64,000 bases of DNA from contig CAXXFL010000005.1 of assembly GCA_963674965.2 (NCBI GenBank), forward strand, positions 192,001 to 256,000, written 5' to 3'. Positions 45,973 through 56,249 of this stretch are shown here, one piece after another (positions within the stretch are counted from its first letter, which is position 1; each line of letters begins with the position of its first letter). Made by a program: the position numbers and the translations under genes. The notes under the pieces are model-generated. The model was not told the origin of the DNA, ran no database searches, and was given only the letters and a program-made list of their open reading frames with translations. The DNA is from a bacterium. Lineage in GTDB: Bacteria; RBG-13-61-14; DATKZS01.

Positions 45973-46265
45973 GATCGGAGAAGTCAAGGCGTAATCCTCG
46001 AGCCCGAAAAAGAACAAGAAGGCGCGCCGGTAATTAAAAACGTCGCGCCCCTTTCATAAAGATAACGAGCGTGATATATTGGTAAAGAGAGAGAAGGACT
46101 GGGGAAGGGACGCCCCATTTATCTTGCCATTTAAATAAACGCCCGGCCGGGAACCCAAACGCTTTCGATCGTTTTTCGATCCTTCGCGTCGGGCGCGTTT
46201 GCTCGCCTTGATTTTACGACCGGCGCCCCTGGCCGGCGATCAAGGCCGTGAGGACATGGGCCCTA

Positions 46266-47789
46266 ATGAAAATCCTTGGTATCAATCCAAAGGACTTCTA
46301 CACCGGCTGGCCGGTGCAGAGCGACTTTGGAAGAGAATTGTACCGTTGCCCGTCTTTGACTTTTCCCGTTCTTGACGCGCTTCTGGACGATGGCCACGAG
46401 ACGCGTTTCTTCGACGGCTTCTTCGACGACCGGCCCTTTAAGACCTACATGGAACTCATCAAGTGGGCCGACGTGGTGGGCATGAACATAGCCTCGAACT
46501 ACGGCGCTCTCAATTACGCCATCCTTATCCGGCAAATAAAGCGCCTTAACCCGGGGGCCTTCATCATGGCCGGCGGGCACCACGCCAACATGTTTCCCCA
46601 GCGCTGGCTGGACATGGGCGTGAACCTCATCGCCACCGGCGAGTCCGAGCTCATGTACGCCGACCTCATCCGGGAGATCGAGGGGAAAAGACGCTTCGAC
46701 AAGGTGCCCGGCGTGGCCTGGAAGGAGGATGGAGAGTTCGTCCGTACCCCTTCCCCTCCCCAGCTCGAGTTTCTTGACGAGTCGCCCTATCCGAACTGGG
46801 ACATGGTCAACTTCGAGGCCCATCCCTGCCGCGTGAGCGGAAAGAAAGGATACGTGGGCGCCATCGAGACCTCGAGGGGATGCCAGTTCCGCTGTAAGTT
46901 CTGCGCCACTCCCGTCTACTGGAAGGGGACCCAGCGCTACAAGTCCATATCCCGAGTATTGAGGGAGGCCGAGAACCTGCTCGAGAGGAAAGTCAGCCAG
47001 ATTAACGTGGTCGACGACGGGTTCGGAAACGACGTCGAGTACGCCATCGAGCTGGCCGACGCCTTCCGCCGCATGGACCGGGACTTCATATGGAACGCCT
47101 TCCTGCGGGTTGACACCGTTCTCAAGCGGCCCGACCTCATCGACAAGCTGGGCCGGTCCGGCTTTACCGCCACCCTCCTCGGTTTCGAGTCCCTGAACGA
47201 GGAGGTCCTGGCCCGGACCATGGGCAAGGGGATGCGAGTCAAGCCCACCATCAGGGACCTCCAGGAGCTCTATAAGCGGTTCCGCAAAAACAATATCCTC
47301 GTGGTGGGGGTCTTCATTTCCGGCCATCCGGACATTAAAAAGGAGCAGGAAAGCTCCTACCTCGAGGCGAGGACCGTGTGCGACGATCCCCGATTGGCGG
47401 ATTATATGCCCACGCCCGGGACCATCGGGTTCGACGAGTTGGCCAGCCGCCACGAGATGAAGGACATGTTCTTTCACGACGTCAAGCTGCCGGTTTTCGA
47501 CAGGCAATCCCCCGAGGCCTTCAGGTTCAACGTCATGAATATCCTTGACGTCCCCCGCTCCATCCGCATGCTGGCCGGCTCGCCCATGCACAGGATGTAT
47601 TTCCTCCGAAGTCATAAGCGGCTGTGGACCAAGCTTTTTCGCGTCAACCGGCGAAAACTCCAGGACTTGGCCCTGCTTAAAAATTGCGCCAAGACCGCGG
47701 ACCAGAGGCAGGAGGAATTATTCCAGAGGTATCTTAACCCCGAGTTCGACGCGTGGCTCGACTCCCAAGCCGACAGGGTCTGGTGCTGA
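46266..47789 (+). CDS. B12-binding domain radical SAM protein
   Basis: AGGHHA..GESE cobalamin-binding region, ETSRGCQFRCKFC, VDDGF and GFES motifs. Confidence 0.9.
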   Translation: MKILGINPKDFYTGWPVQSDFGRELYRCPSLTFPVLDALLDDGHETRFFDGFFDDRPFKTYMELIKWADVVGMNIASNYGALNYAILIRQIKRLNPGAFIMAGGHHANMFPQRWLDMGVNLIATGESELMYADLIREIEGKRRFDKVPGVAWKEDGEFVRTPSPPQLEFLDESPYPNWDMVNFEAHPCRVSGKKGYVGAIETSRGCQFRCKFCATPVYWKGTQRYKSISRVLREAENLLERKVSQINVVDDGFGNDVEYAIELADAFRRMDRDFIWNAFLRVDTVLKRPDLIDKLGRSGFTATLLGFESLNEEVLARTMGKGMRVKPTIRDLQELYKRFRKNNILVVGVFISGHPDIKKEQESSYLEARTVCDDPRLADYMPTPGTIGFDELASRHEMKDMFFHDVKLPVFDRQSPEAFRFNVMNILDVPRSIRMLAGSPMHRMYFLRSHKRLWTKLFRVNRRKLQDLALLKNCAKTADQRQEELFQRYLNPEFDAWLDSQADRVWC

Positions 47790-47838
47790 GAGGGTTATTC
47801 TCCATCCGCGAAGGGAAGCAAGTTAATTCGGTCAGCGG

Positions 47839-48065
47839 TTACTCGAGGTCCCATTTAATCTGGAACTCGATCTCCTCCTCCTTTTTGCCTCGCTCGTGCT
47901 CGACGTTAACGGCCGCGTCGGCCGGCACGTACACGCGCTCTCCCGCGATCTGGATATTGAGGCGCTTTCCTTCCTCGAGGCAGTCCGCCAGCCGGCGAAG
48001 CTTGGCGATAAACTGCTTTTAGGGTAGGTCTTCTCAAGGTCTCGTTTCTTTTTCGTGACCGCCAT
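47839..48065 (-). pseudogene. Amphi-Trp domain protein gene with a 1-bp frameshift
   Basis: MAVTKKKRDLEKTYPK continues in the -1 frame as KQFIAKLRRLADCLEEGKRLNIQIAGERVYVP..EHER..EEIEFQIKWDLE. The span is 227 bp, one base short at the A4 run 48017-48020. Confidence 0.75.
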
Positions 48066-48261
48066 TTCTTCTCCTTTCAGTCCGATTTCCCCGCGGGGCG
48101 CGAGGTCTTTGCCATTTTAGACCAAAAGCGGAAAGAGCCGTAAAGCCAGGATATGCTATCAAGCTAATAAGGGAACGGGAAAGCGTCCACGCCTCTCATG
48201 ATCGAGGTTAAATCCCGGCGACGCAACCCGCCTCAATCTTTGAAAATATTACGCGCTCTTC

Positions 48262-49059
48262 TTAGTCGTCGTCCTTCTTGACCCTGGTCCAATACTCCCG
48301 GTTGAGGGAAAGAAGGAGCTTGGCGGGGTTGCCCGCGGGCGAGAAGTGCATCTGGCTGGCGTGGGCCAGGCAGGCCATGCGTTTGAGTCGCTTCACGTCC
48401 TTGATGCCAACGTCGAAGTCCGGCTTGGCCGGGACCGCCTTCCTGTCGGGTCTTTTAACGGCCATGACTATTTTATAGATGGGACCGGGCAAGGTCGGGT
48501 AGAAAAGCAGTTGGGCCCGGCTTTGCCGAAATGCCTCGGTCACGATCCTCGAGCAGGCGATATGGTCGGGATGGCCCGTGATTCCCGCGGGGTCGTGGGT
48601 GATGATTATCTCCGCTCCCACTTCATCGATCACGTCCAGGACGTCGGCCCTGAGCTGGTCCTGGTCCTGGTCGGGTATGGTCATATCGTCATAAGTCCAG
48701 TTGATCACGCGCTCCGCCTGAAGCACGGCCGCCGCCGTCTCGAGTTCCTTCATCCGGATGGCCGCGAGATGATCCACGCCGATGCCCAGGTCCCCGGCCT
48801 GCTCGATCCAGTCGCCCCGGCAAAGGCAAAGAACGTATACCCGGACGCGGGGGTCCTTCTTCAGCTTGATGACCGTGCCCCCGCCGTAAAGGCTCTCGTC
48901 GTCCTGGTGGGCGAAAACGAGAAGCACGTCTATCTTGCCGTCCGGTCCCGGCTTCACGCCCTCCAGCATGTCGCCCTCCGGGACCAGGGCCAGCGCGTTA
49001 AAGCTGAGTAGCAAAGTTGACGCGAAGGCGATGAGCGTTTTAACTATCTTCAAAACCAT
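48262..49059 (-). CDS. Secreted PIG-L/LmbE-family deacetylase
   Basis: Signal peptide, AHQDDE, GHPDH and HASQ motifs. Confidence 0.88.
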   Translation of the reverse strand: MVLKIVKTLIAFASTLLLSFNALALVPEGDMLEGVKPGPDGKIDVLLVFAHQDDESLYGGGTVIKLKKDPRVRVYVLCLCRGDWIEQAGDLGIGVDHLAAIRMKELETAAAVLQAERVINWTYDDMTIPDQDQDQLRADVLDVIDEVGAEIIITHDPAGITGHPDHIACSRIVTEAFRQSRAQLLFYPTLPGPIYKIVMAVKRPDRKAVPAKPDFDVGIKDVKRLKRMACLAHASQMHFSPAGNPAKLLLSLNREYWTRVKKDDD

Positions 49060-50089
49060 CCTCCTTTTCCCTTGTCTCTTCCGGAGAATCCATGGCGTCC
49101 GGGCCGGCGCGGCGGAAGTCGTCCATGGCCCAGTGCAGGCAGGCCACTCCCGTCGTCGCCCGAAGGAACTTGGTGGAAACGGTCCAGAGCAGGCTGAAGG
49201 CGATAAGGGTCCCGTCCGGGACCAGCCCGTGGAAGAAATACAGCCAGGCCGCCTGGGTCGTGCCCAGTCTCATCACCGTGATGGGAAGGGCCCCTATTAG
49301 ATAGATAAGCGGAAGATACGCCAGTATCCTGGACAACTCGACCTCGACGCCGAAGGCCATGAGTCCGAGCCAGGTCCCAAGGACGTCGAACGTGAAGGCG
49401 CCCAACTTTATGCCCAGCACCTGGGCGATGTATGAGGCCCTTAGTTTCGAGAACGTGACGAATGGTCCCTTGAACAGCCAGGAGAAAATCCTCGCCTCGG
49501 GCTTTACGGACCAGATTACGTTCAAGCCCATGAAGACGAGGAAGGTCAGCGTCACGAGCCGGACGGCGTGGCCCGCGGGACTCGAGATGAAGAAGTCGGC
49601 CGCTCCTATCTCCGGCGTGAGCGCCAGCCCCGCCAGGCTCACCGTGAAGATGGTGAACAAGTCCATGTAAAAGAGGAAGAAGACCGGACCGGTCGCTGTC
49701 TTGACTCCGATCTTTTTCTTTTTCGCCAGCCAATAGCCCATGCCTCCCACGCCGAGGGCGAAGTTGAGCATGTTGAGGATAAAGGTGGCGCCCTTTGGAA
49801 CCAGCACCTCGATGAAGCCGGTCCTGGCCGCCATCCAGTTGAAGACCAGGTAATGGCAAAGAACGTCGGCCAGAAAGTAGGCGGTGAAGTCCGCCGCCAG
49901 GATGGGTACCCACCAGGCGAGGTTGACCGAGGCGATAGCGTCCTTGCACTCGGAAAGGGGGACCTTCTTGAAAATGAGATAAAAGATCGCCGCCGTCGCG
50001 GCCCAGGGGACGATAGTCTTCACCAACCGCCAGGCCAAGGCGCCGGTGGAAGACCTCCCGGTTTTCTCGTCTCTTATCGTCTCATCCAT
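49040..50089 (-). CDS. Lysylphosphatidylglycerol-synthase TM/flippase-like membrane protein
   Basis: Multi-TM protein with LPITVMRLGTTQAAW resembling the family LPxTxxGLG motif. Confidence 0.7.
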   Translation of the reverse strand: MDETIRDEKTGRSSTGALAWRLVKTIVPWAATAAIFYLIFKKVPLSECKDAIASVNLAWWVPILAADFTAYFLADVLCHYLVFNWMAARTGFIEVLVPKGATFILNMLNFALGVGGMGYWLAKKKKIGVKTATGPVFFLFYMDLFTIFTVSLAGLALTPEIGAADFFISSPAGHAVRLVTLTFLVFMGLNVIWSVKPEARIFSWLFKGPFVTFSKLRASYIAQVLGIKLGAFTFDVLGTWLGLMAFGVEVELSRILAYLPLIYLIGALPITVMRLGTTQAAWLYFFHGLVPDGTLIAFSLLWTVSTKFLRATTGVACLHWAMDDFRRAGPDAMDSPEETREKEDGFEDS

Positions 50090-50205
50090 GCCTTATTCTC
50101 GGTTTACCGCATAGTCCGGACGGCAATTGCGCCGCCCCTTGAGGCAGTATACGTCCCCTGTGCGATTAAGGGGAAATGGGAGAGTCAACCCTCCTCGAGG
50201 CTTGG

Positions 50206-50796
50206 CTATTTTATCTTCTTCACCGACCGTATCGAGGCCATCTCTCTTTTTTGGTGCATGGGGAAGAAACCTTCCTTGACGGCCTTAATGTCCCCGACTG
50301 AATAAAAGGCGTTGGGGTTGTATTGTTTAATAATCCAGACTACTTCCTCCAGGTCTCGTCGTTTGATAATAGTGAAAATTATTCTGACCTTTCCTTTCGT
50401 GCCCCGGGCCGCCACGCTGGTGACGCCAAATTCCTCATCCCGCAGATGGTTGATAAGTTTCGTGGCGTCTCGTTGGGTGATGACGTTCACAACCAGGTGG
50501 CCCATGGCTATCTTGTTCTCGAGCGCGATGCCCACATAGTTGCCCATGGCGAACCCTCCGGCGTAAGCTATGTACATGAGACAATTGGATAGGTTCTGCA
50601 TGATCTGGGTAATGGCGATCAGCCAGATGAGTACCTCGAAGAAGCCGCAGATCCCGGCTAAAATCTTCATGCCCTTGGCCACGTATATAATCCTGATGGT
50701 GCCGATGGTCACGTCGATCACCCTGGCCAGGAATATCAAAAGGGGCAGGACCACCCAGGTGAAGGTGGCGTCGCTGAATAATGAATGAAGGTCCAA
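50206..50796 (-). CDS. UPF0316/DUF2179-family membrane protein
   Basis: IFLARVIDVTIGTIR, GFFEVLIW and YAGGFAMGNYVG motifs. AGGAGG RBS before TTG. Confidence 0.85.
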   Translation of the reverse strand: MDLHSLFSDATFTWVVLPLLIFLARVIDVTIGTIRIIYVAKGMKILAGICGFFEVLIWLIAITQIMQNLSNCLMYIAYAGGFAMGNYVGIALENKIAMGHLVVNVITQRDATKLINHLRDEEFGVTSVAARGTKGKVRIIFTIIKRRDLEEVVWIIKQYNPNAFYSVGDIKAVKEGFFPMHQKREMASIRSVKKIK

Positions 50797-50828
50797 GCGC
50801 TTAGCCTCCTTTAACGTTTATTTTTCCC

Positions 50829-51683
50829 TCAAGCCGCGGTCTCGGGACCGGGGCCGCCCTCGCCGATGGTTACCCGCCTTAGCTCGCCCTTGTTCGAGGT
50901 CTTGACCGCGTACATTAAGTTATCGGCTTCCTTGATCGCGTCTTGAGGGGAAGATGGAGCAGAAAGATAAGTCACCAGACCCACGCTGAAGGTCACCGGC
51001 CAGCCGCCTCGGCTCATGGCGTCCTCCAGTTTGGACCTTAGCCTTTGCATCGCCTCCATCGATTCTTCCTCCCCGGTCTCCGGAAGAAGAAGGGCAAACT
51101 CGTCGCCGCCCATCCGGGCGCCAAGGTCGGTGGACCGGATATCGCCCCGGATCGTTCCTCCCACCGCCGCCAGGAGCCTGTCGCCCTCGGGATGGCCGAA
51201 CTTGTCGTTAACGCTCTTGAAGTTATCCAGGTCGATATAGGACAGGGAAAGGGGACGCGAGTAGCGCCTGGCCCGCTCCAGCTCGAGATCGAGCCGCTCG
51301 GTGAAACCCACCCGGTTGGATATGCCCGTCAGGGGGTCCATCCTCGAGAGAAGGTACTCCCGGTCCAGGGCCTGCCTGATACGGGAAAGGGAGAAAACCA
51401 CGATCACGAAAAAACCGAACCTGACCCCCGCGTTCCAATAAAGAATGACCGCCGCGTCGTACTCGTGGCCGCTGAGGCGGTCCACCAGCGCCCAGGAGAA
51501 CATGCCTAAGATCGACATGAAGAACCCCGGCCACCGACCCACCAGCCAGGTCACCAGCGCGATGGGGATCAAATAGAAAATCGAGAAACTGAGTTGGTAA
51601 CCCGTGATATAGTCCAGAAGTCCCACCAGCCCCGTGAGTAAAATCCCGAGCGCCGAATATATTACGACTTTCCAATCCATCAT
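50829..51683 (-). CDS. Membrane-bound diguanylate cyclase (GGDEF)
   Basis: N-terminal TM segments, DPLTG, DLDNFKSVND and RSTD..ARMGGDEF motifs. Confidence 0.92.
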   Translation of the reverse strand: MMDWKVVIYSALGILLTGLVGLLDYITGYQLSFSIFYLIPIALVTWLVGRWPGFFMSILGMFSWALVDRLSGHEYDAAVILYWNAGVRFGFFVIVVFSLSRIRQALDREYLLSRMDPLTGISNRVGFTERLDLELERARRYSRPLSLSYIDLDNFKSVNDKFGHPEGDRLLAAVGGTIRGDIRSTDLGARMGGDEFALLLPETGEEESMEAMQRLRSKLEDAMSRGGWPVTFSVGLVTYLSAPSSPQDAIKEADNLMYAVKTSNKGELRRVTIGEGGPGPETAA

Positions 51684-51821
51684 GAAACCGCCCCTAAAAA
51701 TGCCCCCTCGGGCCAAGAGCCTCTTTAGAGCCGAGGCCGACGAGAAAGCCTAAAAATTTTAGCACGAACGGGCAATATATGGTAGATAATGGACACCTCC
51801 CTATTAGAACGTCCTTTCGGC

Positions 51822-51850
51822 TTGACACTATAAGGCCCGCGTCCTAAAGT
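51822..51850 (+). promoter_or_regulatory. Putative sigma70 promoter, near-leaderless for the V4R gene
   Basis: TTGACA-N17-TAAAGT, 10 bp before ATG 51861. Confidence 0.5.
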
Positions 51851-51860
51851 CATCGGTGAA

Positions 51861-52601
51861 ATGGAACGGGGCAAGCGTTTACAGGTTAAGATACTCACTC
51901 CGGTAATGGAATTCCTCGAGAGGCGTCCGTTCCCGGTCACTTCCATTTTGAGGCTCCTGGCCAACGCGCCTTTCCTCTCGAGGAGACTGATGGTGCTGCC
52001 GCGGGCCTATATGGGGGCCTCGGCCTTCGAGATTCACGACGCGGACATGAAAACCGGGCGAATAGGCATCGGGGACGTCGAGGAGATCATGGCCGGCTCG
52101 AAGATCATCCATCTCCTGCACCAGACCCTGGCCGGCCGCGTGGGGGAAGAGGAAAAGAACCGGGCACTCTACGAGATGGGCGCGAGCCTTTGCAAGTGGG
52201 AGGTGAGCCAGGCCCTGGAGGGCGGCAAGTGGGCCCCCTCCGTCCTCGTTCCCCTCATCTTCAGCGGGAGGGTCCTGGACGAAATCGAGACCGACCCTCT
52301 TATGAGGCGCTTTTTCCAGAGCGTGATGAACATGATGAGCAGGCTGATCACCGACGAGGGGGGATGGGGTCACCTGGACTTCGATTTTTCCTCCCTTCCC
52401 TTCAAGGTCATGCTTTCCAACTCCCAGGAGGCCCGGTGGCTGGGAGGGTCCGACCGGCCCGTTTGCCATTTCTACGCGGGCATAGTGGCGGGCTACGCCT
52501 CGACCATCTCGGGCAAGCCCTTCCTCTCCCGTGAGGTCGCCTGCAAGGCCATGGGCGCCCCCAAGTGCGTTTTCGAGCTGACGCCGGCGGAAGATGAATA
52601 A
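51861..52601 (+). CDS. V4R (4-vinyl reductase)-domain protein
   Basis: GWG, NSQEA, PVCHFYAG and EVACKAMGAPKCVF motifs. Confidence 0.85.
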   Translation: MERGKRLQVKILTPVMEFLERRPFPVTSILRLLANAPFLSRRLMVLPRAYMGASAFEIHDADMKTGRIGIGDVEEIMAGSKIIHLLHQTLAGRVGEEEKNRALYEMGASLCKWEVSQALEGGKWAPSVLVPLIFSGRVLDEIETDPLMRRFFQSVMNMMSRLITDEGGWGHLDFDFSSLPFKVMLSNSQEARWLGGSDRPVCHFYAGIVAGYASTISGKPFLSREVACKAMGAPKCVFELTPAEDE

Positions 52602-54057
52602 CGGGTCCGTCTCACCGCGTAGGAATACCCCCGGGGTATGGGGTTTCCACCCGGCCTCGACGGTGCTTCTCGCCTTCATGGCTTTTTTTCTTACCTCATG
52701 GGGCGGCCGTCCTCGTCCCGACCATATCCAGGGCGAGATGGCGGGCGAGGTCACGGCCTCGAGCGTCATACTTCAGACCCGGCTTACGGCGTCCTCGCCG
52801 CTGCCCGACAAAGACGTGCCCGGCGTCGAGGGTGAGGTCAGGTTCGAGATCGACACGGACCCGGCCTTTCCCGACCCGATAAGGACCGAATGGATGAAGG
52901 CCGTCGAGGAAAGAGACCACGTGGTCAAAAAGAAGATCGAGGACCTGAAGCCGGACGTCCTTTATTACTACCGGATCGAGTTCGGTCCCGGCCGTTCCGA
53001 CGCTAAGAAGGGACCGGCGCGGAGGTTCCGGACCTTGCCGGGCCCGGCTACCTCTCGTCCTTACCGCCTGGCGGTGGTCACGTGAATGAACTGGGACAAG
53101 TTCCAGTTCGGGACCAGGGCTTACAAGGGGGCGGACAAGGACCTGGGCTTTCCCGCCCTGGCGGCCCTGCGCGAGGCCCGGCCCGAGTTCATCGCCTTCA
53201 CGGGCGACAACGTCTATTACGACCACGGCGTTCCCGCCTTCACCGAGCGCTCGATGCGCCGCAAATGGCGCCGGACCTTTTCCTTTCCCCGCATGGTCGA
53301 GTTGATGGCCGAGGTCCCGGCCTACTGGCAAAAGGACGATCACGATTACCGCTATAACGACTGCGACAATACGGGAACCATGCCGCCTTCTCCGAGGCTG
53401 GGGCAAAGGATTTTTCTCGAACAGGTCCCGGTCATGGACCCGGCCCTTCCCCCGGCCCGGCCCTACCGGACCCACCGGGTGACAAGGGAACTCCAAATCT
53501 GGCTTCTCGAGGGAAGGGACTATCGAAGCCCCAACCGGCAAAAGGACGGACCAGACAAGACCATGTGGGGACTCGAGCAGAGAAAGTGGCTCACCGAATC
53601 CCTGTCCGAGTCCGACGCGGCCATCAAGCTAATCGTCTCGCCCACTCCCCTGATCGGGCCAGACGACGCCTATAAGCGCGACAACCACGTCAGCCCCGAG
53701 GGTTTTGGCCACGAGCGCGACCTGTTTTTCGCCTGGGCCAAGCAAAAGGGACTCGATAAAAAGGGGATGTACATAATCAATGGAGACCGGCACTGGCAGT
53801 ACCATTCCCGCCACCCGCTGGGCTTCGAGGAGTTTTCTGTCGGGACCCTCCACGACGCCAACGCCAGGATGGGCGTTGCCCCGGGCGATAAAAAGGGAAC
53901 TGACCCCGAGGCCGAAATCGAGCAATTCTACTCTTCCCCCGAGCCGTCGGGCGGGTTCTTGCTGGCGACGGTCATTCCCGACGGGACGGGCCAGGCCTCG
54001 CTCCTCCTCGAGTTCATGGACGAGCGGGGCAAGCTCATGTATAGGGTCGAGCGCTGA
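52594..54057 (+). CDS. Alkaline phosphatase D (PhoD)-family protein interrupted by one in-frame TGA at 53083-53085 (selenocysteine candidate or pseudogene)
   Basis: The PhoD_N part (GEVTASSVILQTRL, YYYR, RFRTLP) is in frame with the catalytic part (GDNVYYD, DDHD, GRDYRS, Q..WL, NGDRHW). The junction reads AVVT-TGA-MNW. Confidence 0.8.
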
Positions 54058-54173
54058 GTTAGCCGGAGAAGCGTGGCCATACTTATTATTCACCCGACGA
54101 GCCGGCCTCCCCGCATGTTCTCCTCTTTCTTTCCCATGGCCGCGCCTTTTCGAGAAGTTGAAAAAGGCCCCGG

Positions 54174-55976
54174 CTATTTCTCGAGTTTGCATCCCTTGGG
54201 AACGCGCCTGGTCGCCGGCTTCTTTTTGCCTTTCTTCCCGGCGGCCTGGCTGTTCTCGGGCCGCCACCATCCCAGTCGCTTGGTAATGGGAAGGCGAAGG
54301 TCGGAAAGGGCCCTTTCCGAGACGGTGGGACCGATGGGACACTGCCGCCTCTTGAACTCTGCCTTCATCAGCATCCTCATAATCGTATAAACCATGGCCG
54401 GGTCCTCGCCCCCCGCCACCATCTCCTCGACCGACATGCCCTTCTCGAGAAAACCCTCGAGCACTCGGTCCAGGTCGTCGTAGGGAGGGAGGGTGTCCTG
54501 GTCCTTCTGGTTCGGCCGGAGCTCGGCGGTGGGCGCCCGCTCGATGACGCTTTGGGGTATAACGTCCTTGCCGGCCTTGGCGTTATACCATTTCGCCACC
54601 TCGTAGACCTGCCTCTTATACAGGTCGACCAGGGGAGAGAAGGCCCCGCAGGTGTCGCCGTAAAGCGTCGAGTAGCCCACCGCCGCCTCGCTTTTGTTGC
54701 CCGTGGCCAGGACCATGGCTCCCAGCTTGTTAGAAAGCGACGTCAGGGTAAGCCCTCTCAGCCGGGCCTGAAGGTTTTCCTCCGTCACGTCCGCCTCCCT
54801 GCCGGCGAAGGCCTTGGCGAAACTTTTCACCGCCGCGTTGTAACACGGCTTGATGGGTACCTCGAGGAACTGAAGGCCCAGGTTTTTCGCCGTCTTTTTC
54901 GCGTCGGCCCTGGTCTCGCCCGAGGTGTAAGGGCCGGGCATGGACACGGCGGTCACGTTCTCGGGCCCGAGGGCCTCCCGAGCCACGGCGGCGGTAAGCG
55001 CCGAGTCGATCCCCCCAGATAATCCCAGGATGACGCGCTCGAATCCGTTCTTGCAAGCGAAATCGCGGGTGGCCAGGACGAGAGCGGAAAAGAGTTCCCT
55101 TTGTCCCTTGTGAAGCGGCTCGATGCGGGTATCGAGCGCGGCCGGCTTCTTCTTTTCCCTCGGCGCGAAGTCCAGCGTAATCCGGTCGGCCTTGCCCACT
55201 CTTCTCGGGGCCCTCCTGCTCGAGTGATAGGTCCTTTTTCTGTGCGACCTTAGCTCATCGAGGTCGAGGTCGGCCATGACCAGGTCCTCCGCGAAGGACT
55301 TGCCTCGGGCGATCACCTCGCCCCAACCGTCAACTATGGTGCTCGAGCCCTCGAAGATCGCGTCGTCCTGTCCCCCGACCGGGCCGACCATGACCACGGC
55401 CGCCGCGTCCTCCCTGGACCGCTCGATCATCAGGCCCTCCCTGACCGGCCGGTGGCCGAAATGGTAGGGCTCGTTCCAGAGGTTGACCAAAAGGTCTATC
55501 TCCGTGGGCCAAAGAGGATAGCCCGCGTCGTCGCCCACCGTCACCGCGGCCCGGAACCAATCCGTCTCGATCAACAGCGGCCTCTCCCCCGCCGAGAAAT
55601 AGCGCGTCTCGTCAAAGCGGCCGCAACAGAAAAGGTAGCGCTTCCTGGCCCATCCCAGAGACTTGCCTTTATAGAGCACGGCGGCCGCGTCGTGGAGGGC
55701 GTCGCCCGTCTCGATGCCTCCGACTATGACCAGCATGTCGGTCCTGGCCAGGCCTCGGGCTATCTTGTCCATGGACTCGGCGCACTCCCGCAAAAAGGAA
55801 CCCCGGAAGGCCAGGTCCTCGACCATGTACCCCGAGACGCACATCTCGGGAAAAACCAGAAGCTCGACGCCATGGGAGCGGGCCCGGCTTGCCACCTCGA
55901 GGATTTTTTCCACGTTGCCCTCGAAGTCGCCCGCTCGGGAGTTTATCTGTCCTATTCCTATCCTTAAAGACGTCAC
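54174..55976 (-). CDS. nadE: NAD+ synthase with an N-terminal nitrilase-like domain
   Basis: FPEM, GLSGGIDSA, ENLQARLRG, TGNKSE, GYSTLYGD and PTAELRPNQKD motifs. GTG start at 55976 chosen from the RBS. Confidence 0.93.
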   Translation of the reverse strand: MTSLRIGIGQINSRAGDFEGNVEKILEVASRARSHGVELLVFPEMCVSGYMVEDLAFRGSFLRECAESMDKIARGLARTDMLVIVGGIETGDALHDAAAVLYKGKSLGWARKRYLFCCGRFDETRYFSAGERPLLIETDWFRAAVTVGDDAGYPLWPTEIDLLVNLWNEPYHFGHRPVREGLMIERSREDAAAVVMVGPVGGQDDAIFEGSSTIVDGWGEVIARGKSFAEDLVMADLDLDELRSHRKRTYHSSRRAPRRVGKADRITLDFAPREKKKPAALDTRIEPLHKGQRELFSALVLATRDFACKNGFERVILGLSGGIDSALTAAVAREALGPENVTAVSMPGPYTSGETRADAKKTAKNLGLQFLEVPIKPCYNAAVKSFAKAFAGREADVTEENLQARLRGLTLTSLSNKLGAMVLATGNKSEAAVGYSTLYGDTCGAFSPLVDLYKRQVYEVAKWYNAKAGKDVIPQSVIERAPTAELRPNQKDQDTLPPYDDLDRVLEGFLEKGMSVEEMVAGGEDPAMVYTIMRMLMKAEFKRRQCPIGPTVSERALSDLRLPITKRLGWWRPENSQAAGKKGKKKPATRRVPKGCKLEK

Positions 55977-56249
55977 TTTAGACGACCCCCTTTTTGCGTT
56001 TACCAATTTTGCCCGGCTTGCCTCGGGACGCGGCGCTCCCGACTTGAGAAAAGCGGCATATACAATGTACTATGGACTTGGCTCGGCGGTCAAGAATTTC
56101 CCGGCCCCGGACTCGATTTGCCTCGCGTCGGGATAACGGGTATACAGGATTTAATGGACTGAAAACGGCCTCGCCGCGGACGGGACCGGCCGCGATCAAG
56201 GCGCTCTTCTTTCAGGGATGGCCGCTCGGTGGACGACTCGGACTTTTAA

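Noticed and set aside
45735-46250. Riboswitch (cobalamin or c-di-GMP) in the long divergent intergenic region
   Set aside because: No B12-box or GEMM consensus was recognised by eye. An Rfam scan would be needed to exclude one.
47778-47860. Radical SAM ends in Trp-Cys-TGA, a possible Cys-Sec motif
   Set aside because: The protein already looks complete, read-through would run into the convergent amphi-Trp gene, and no clear SECIS hairpin is visible.
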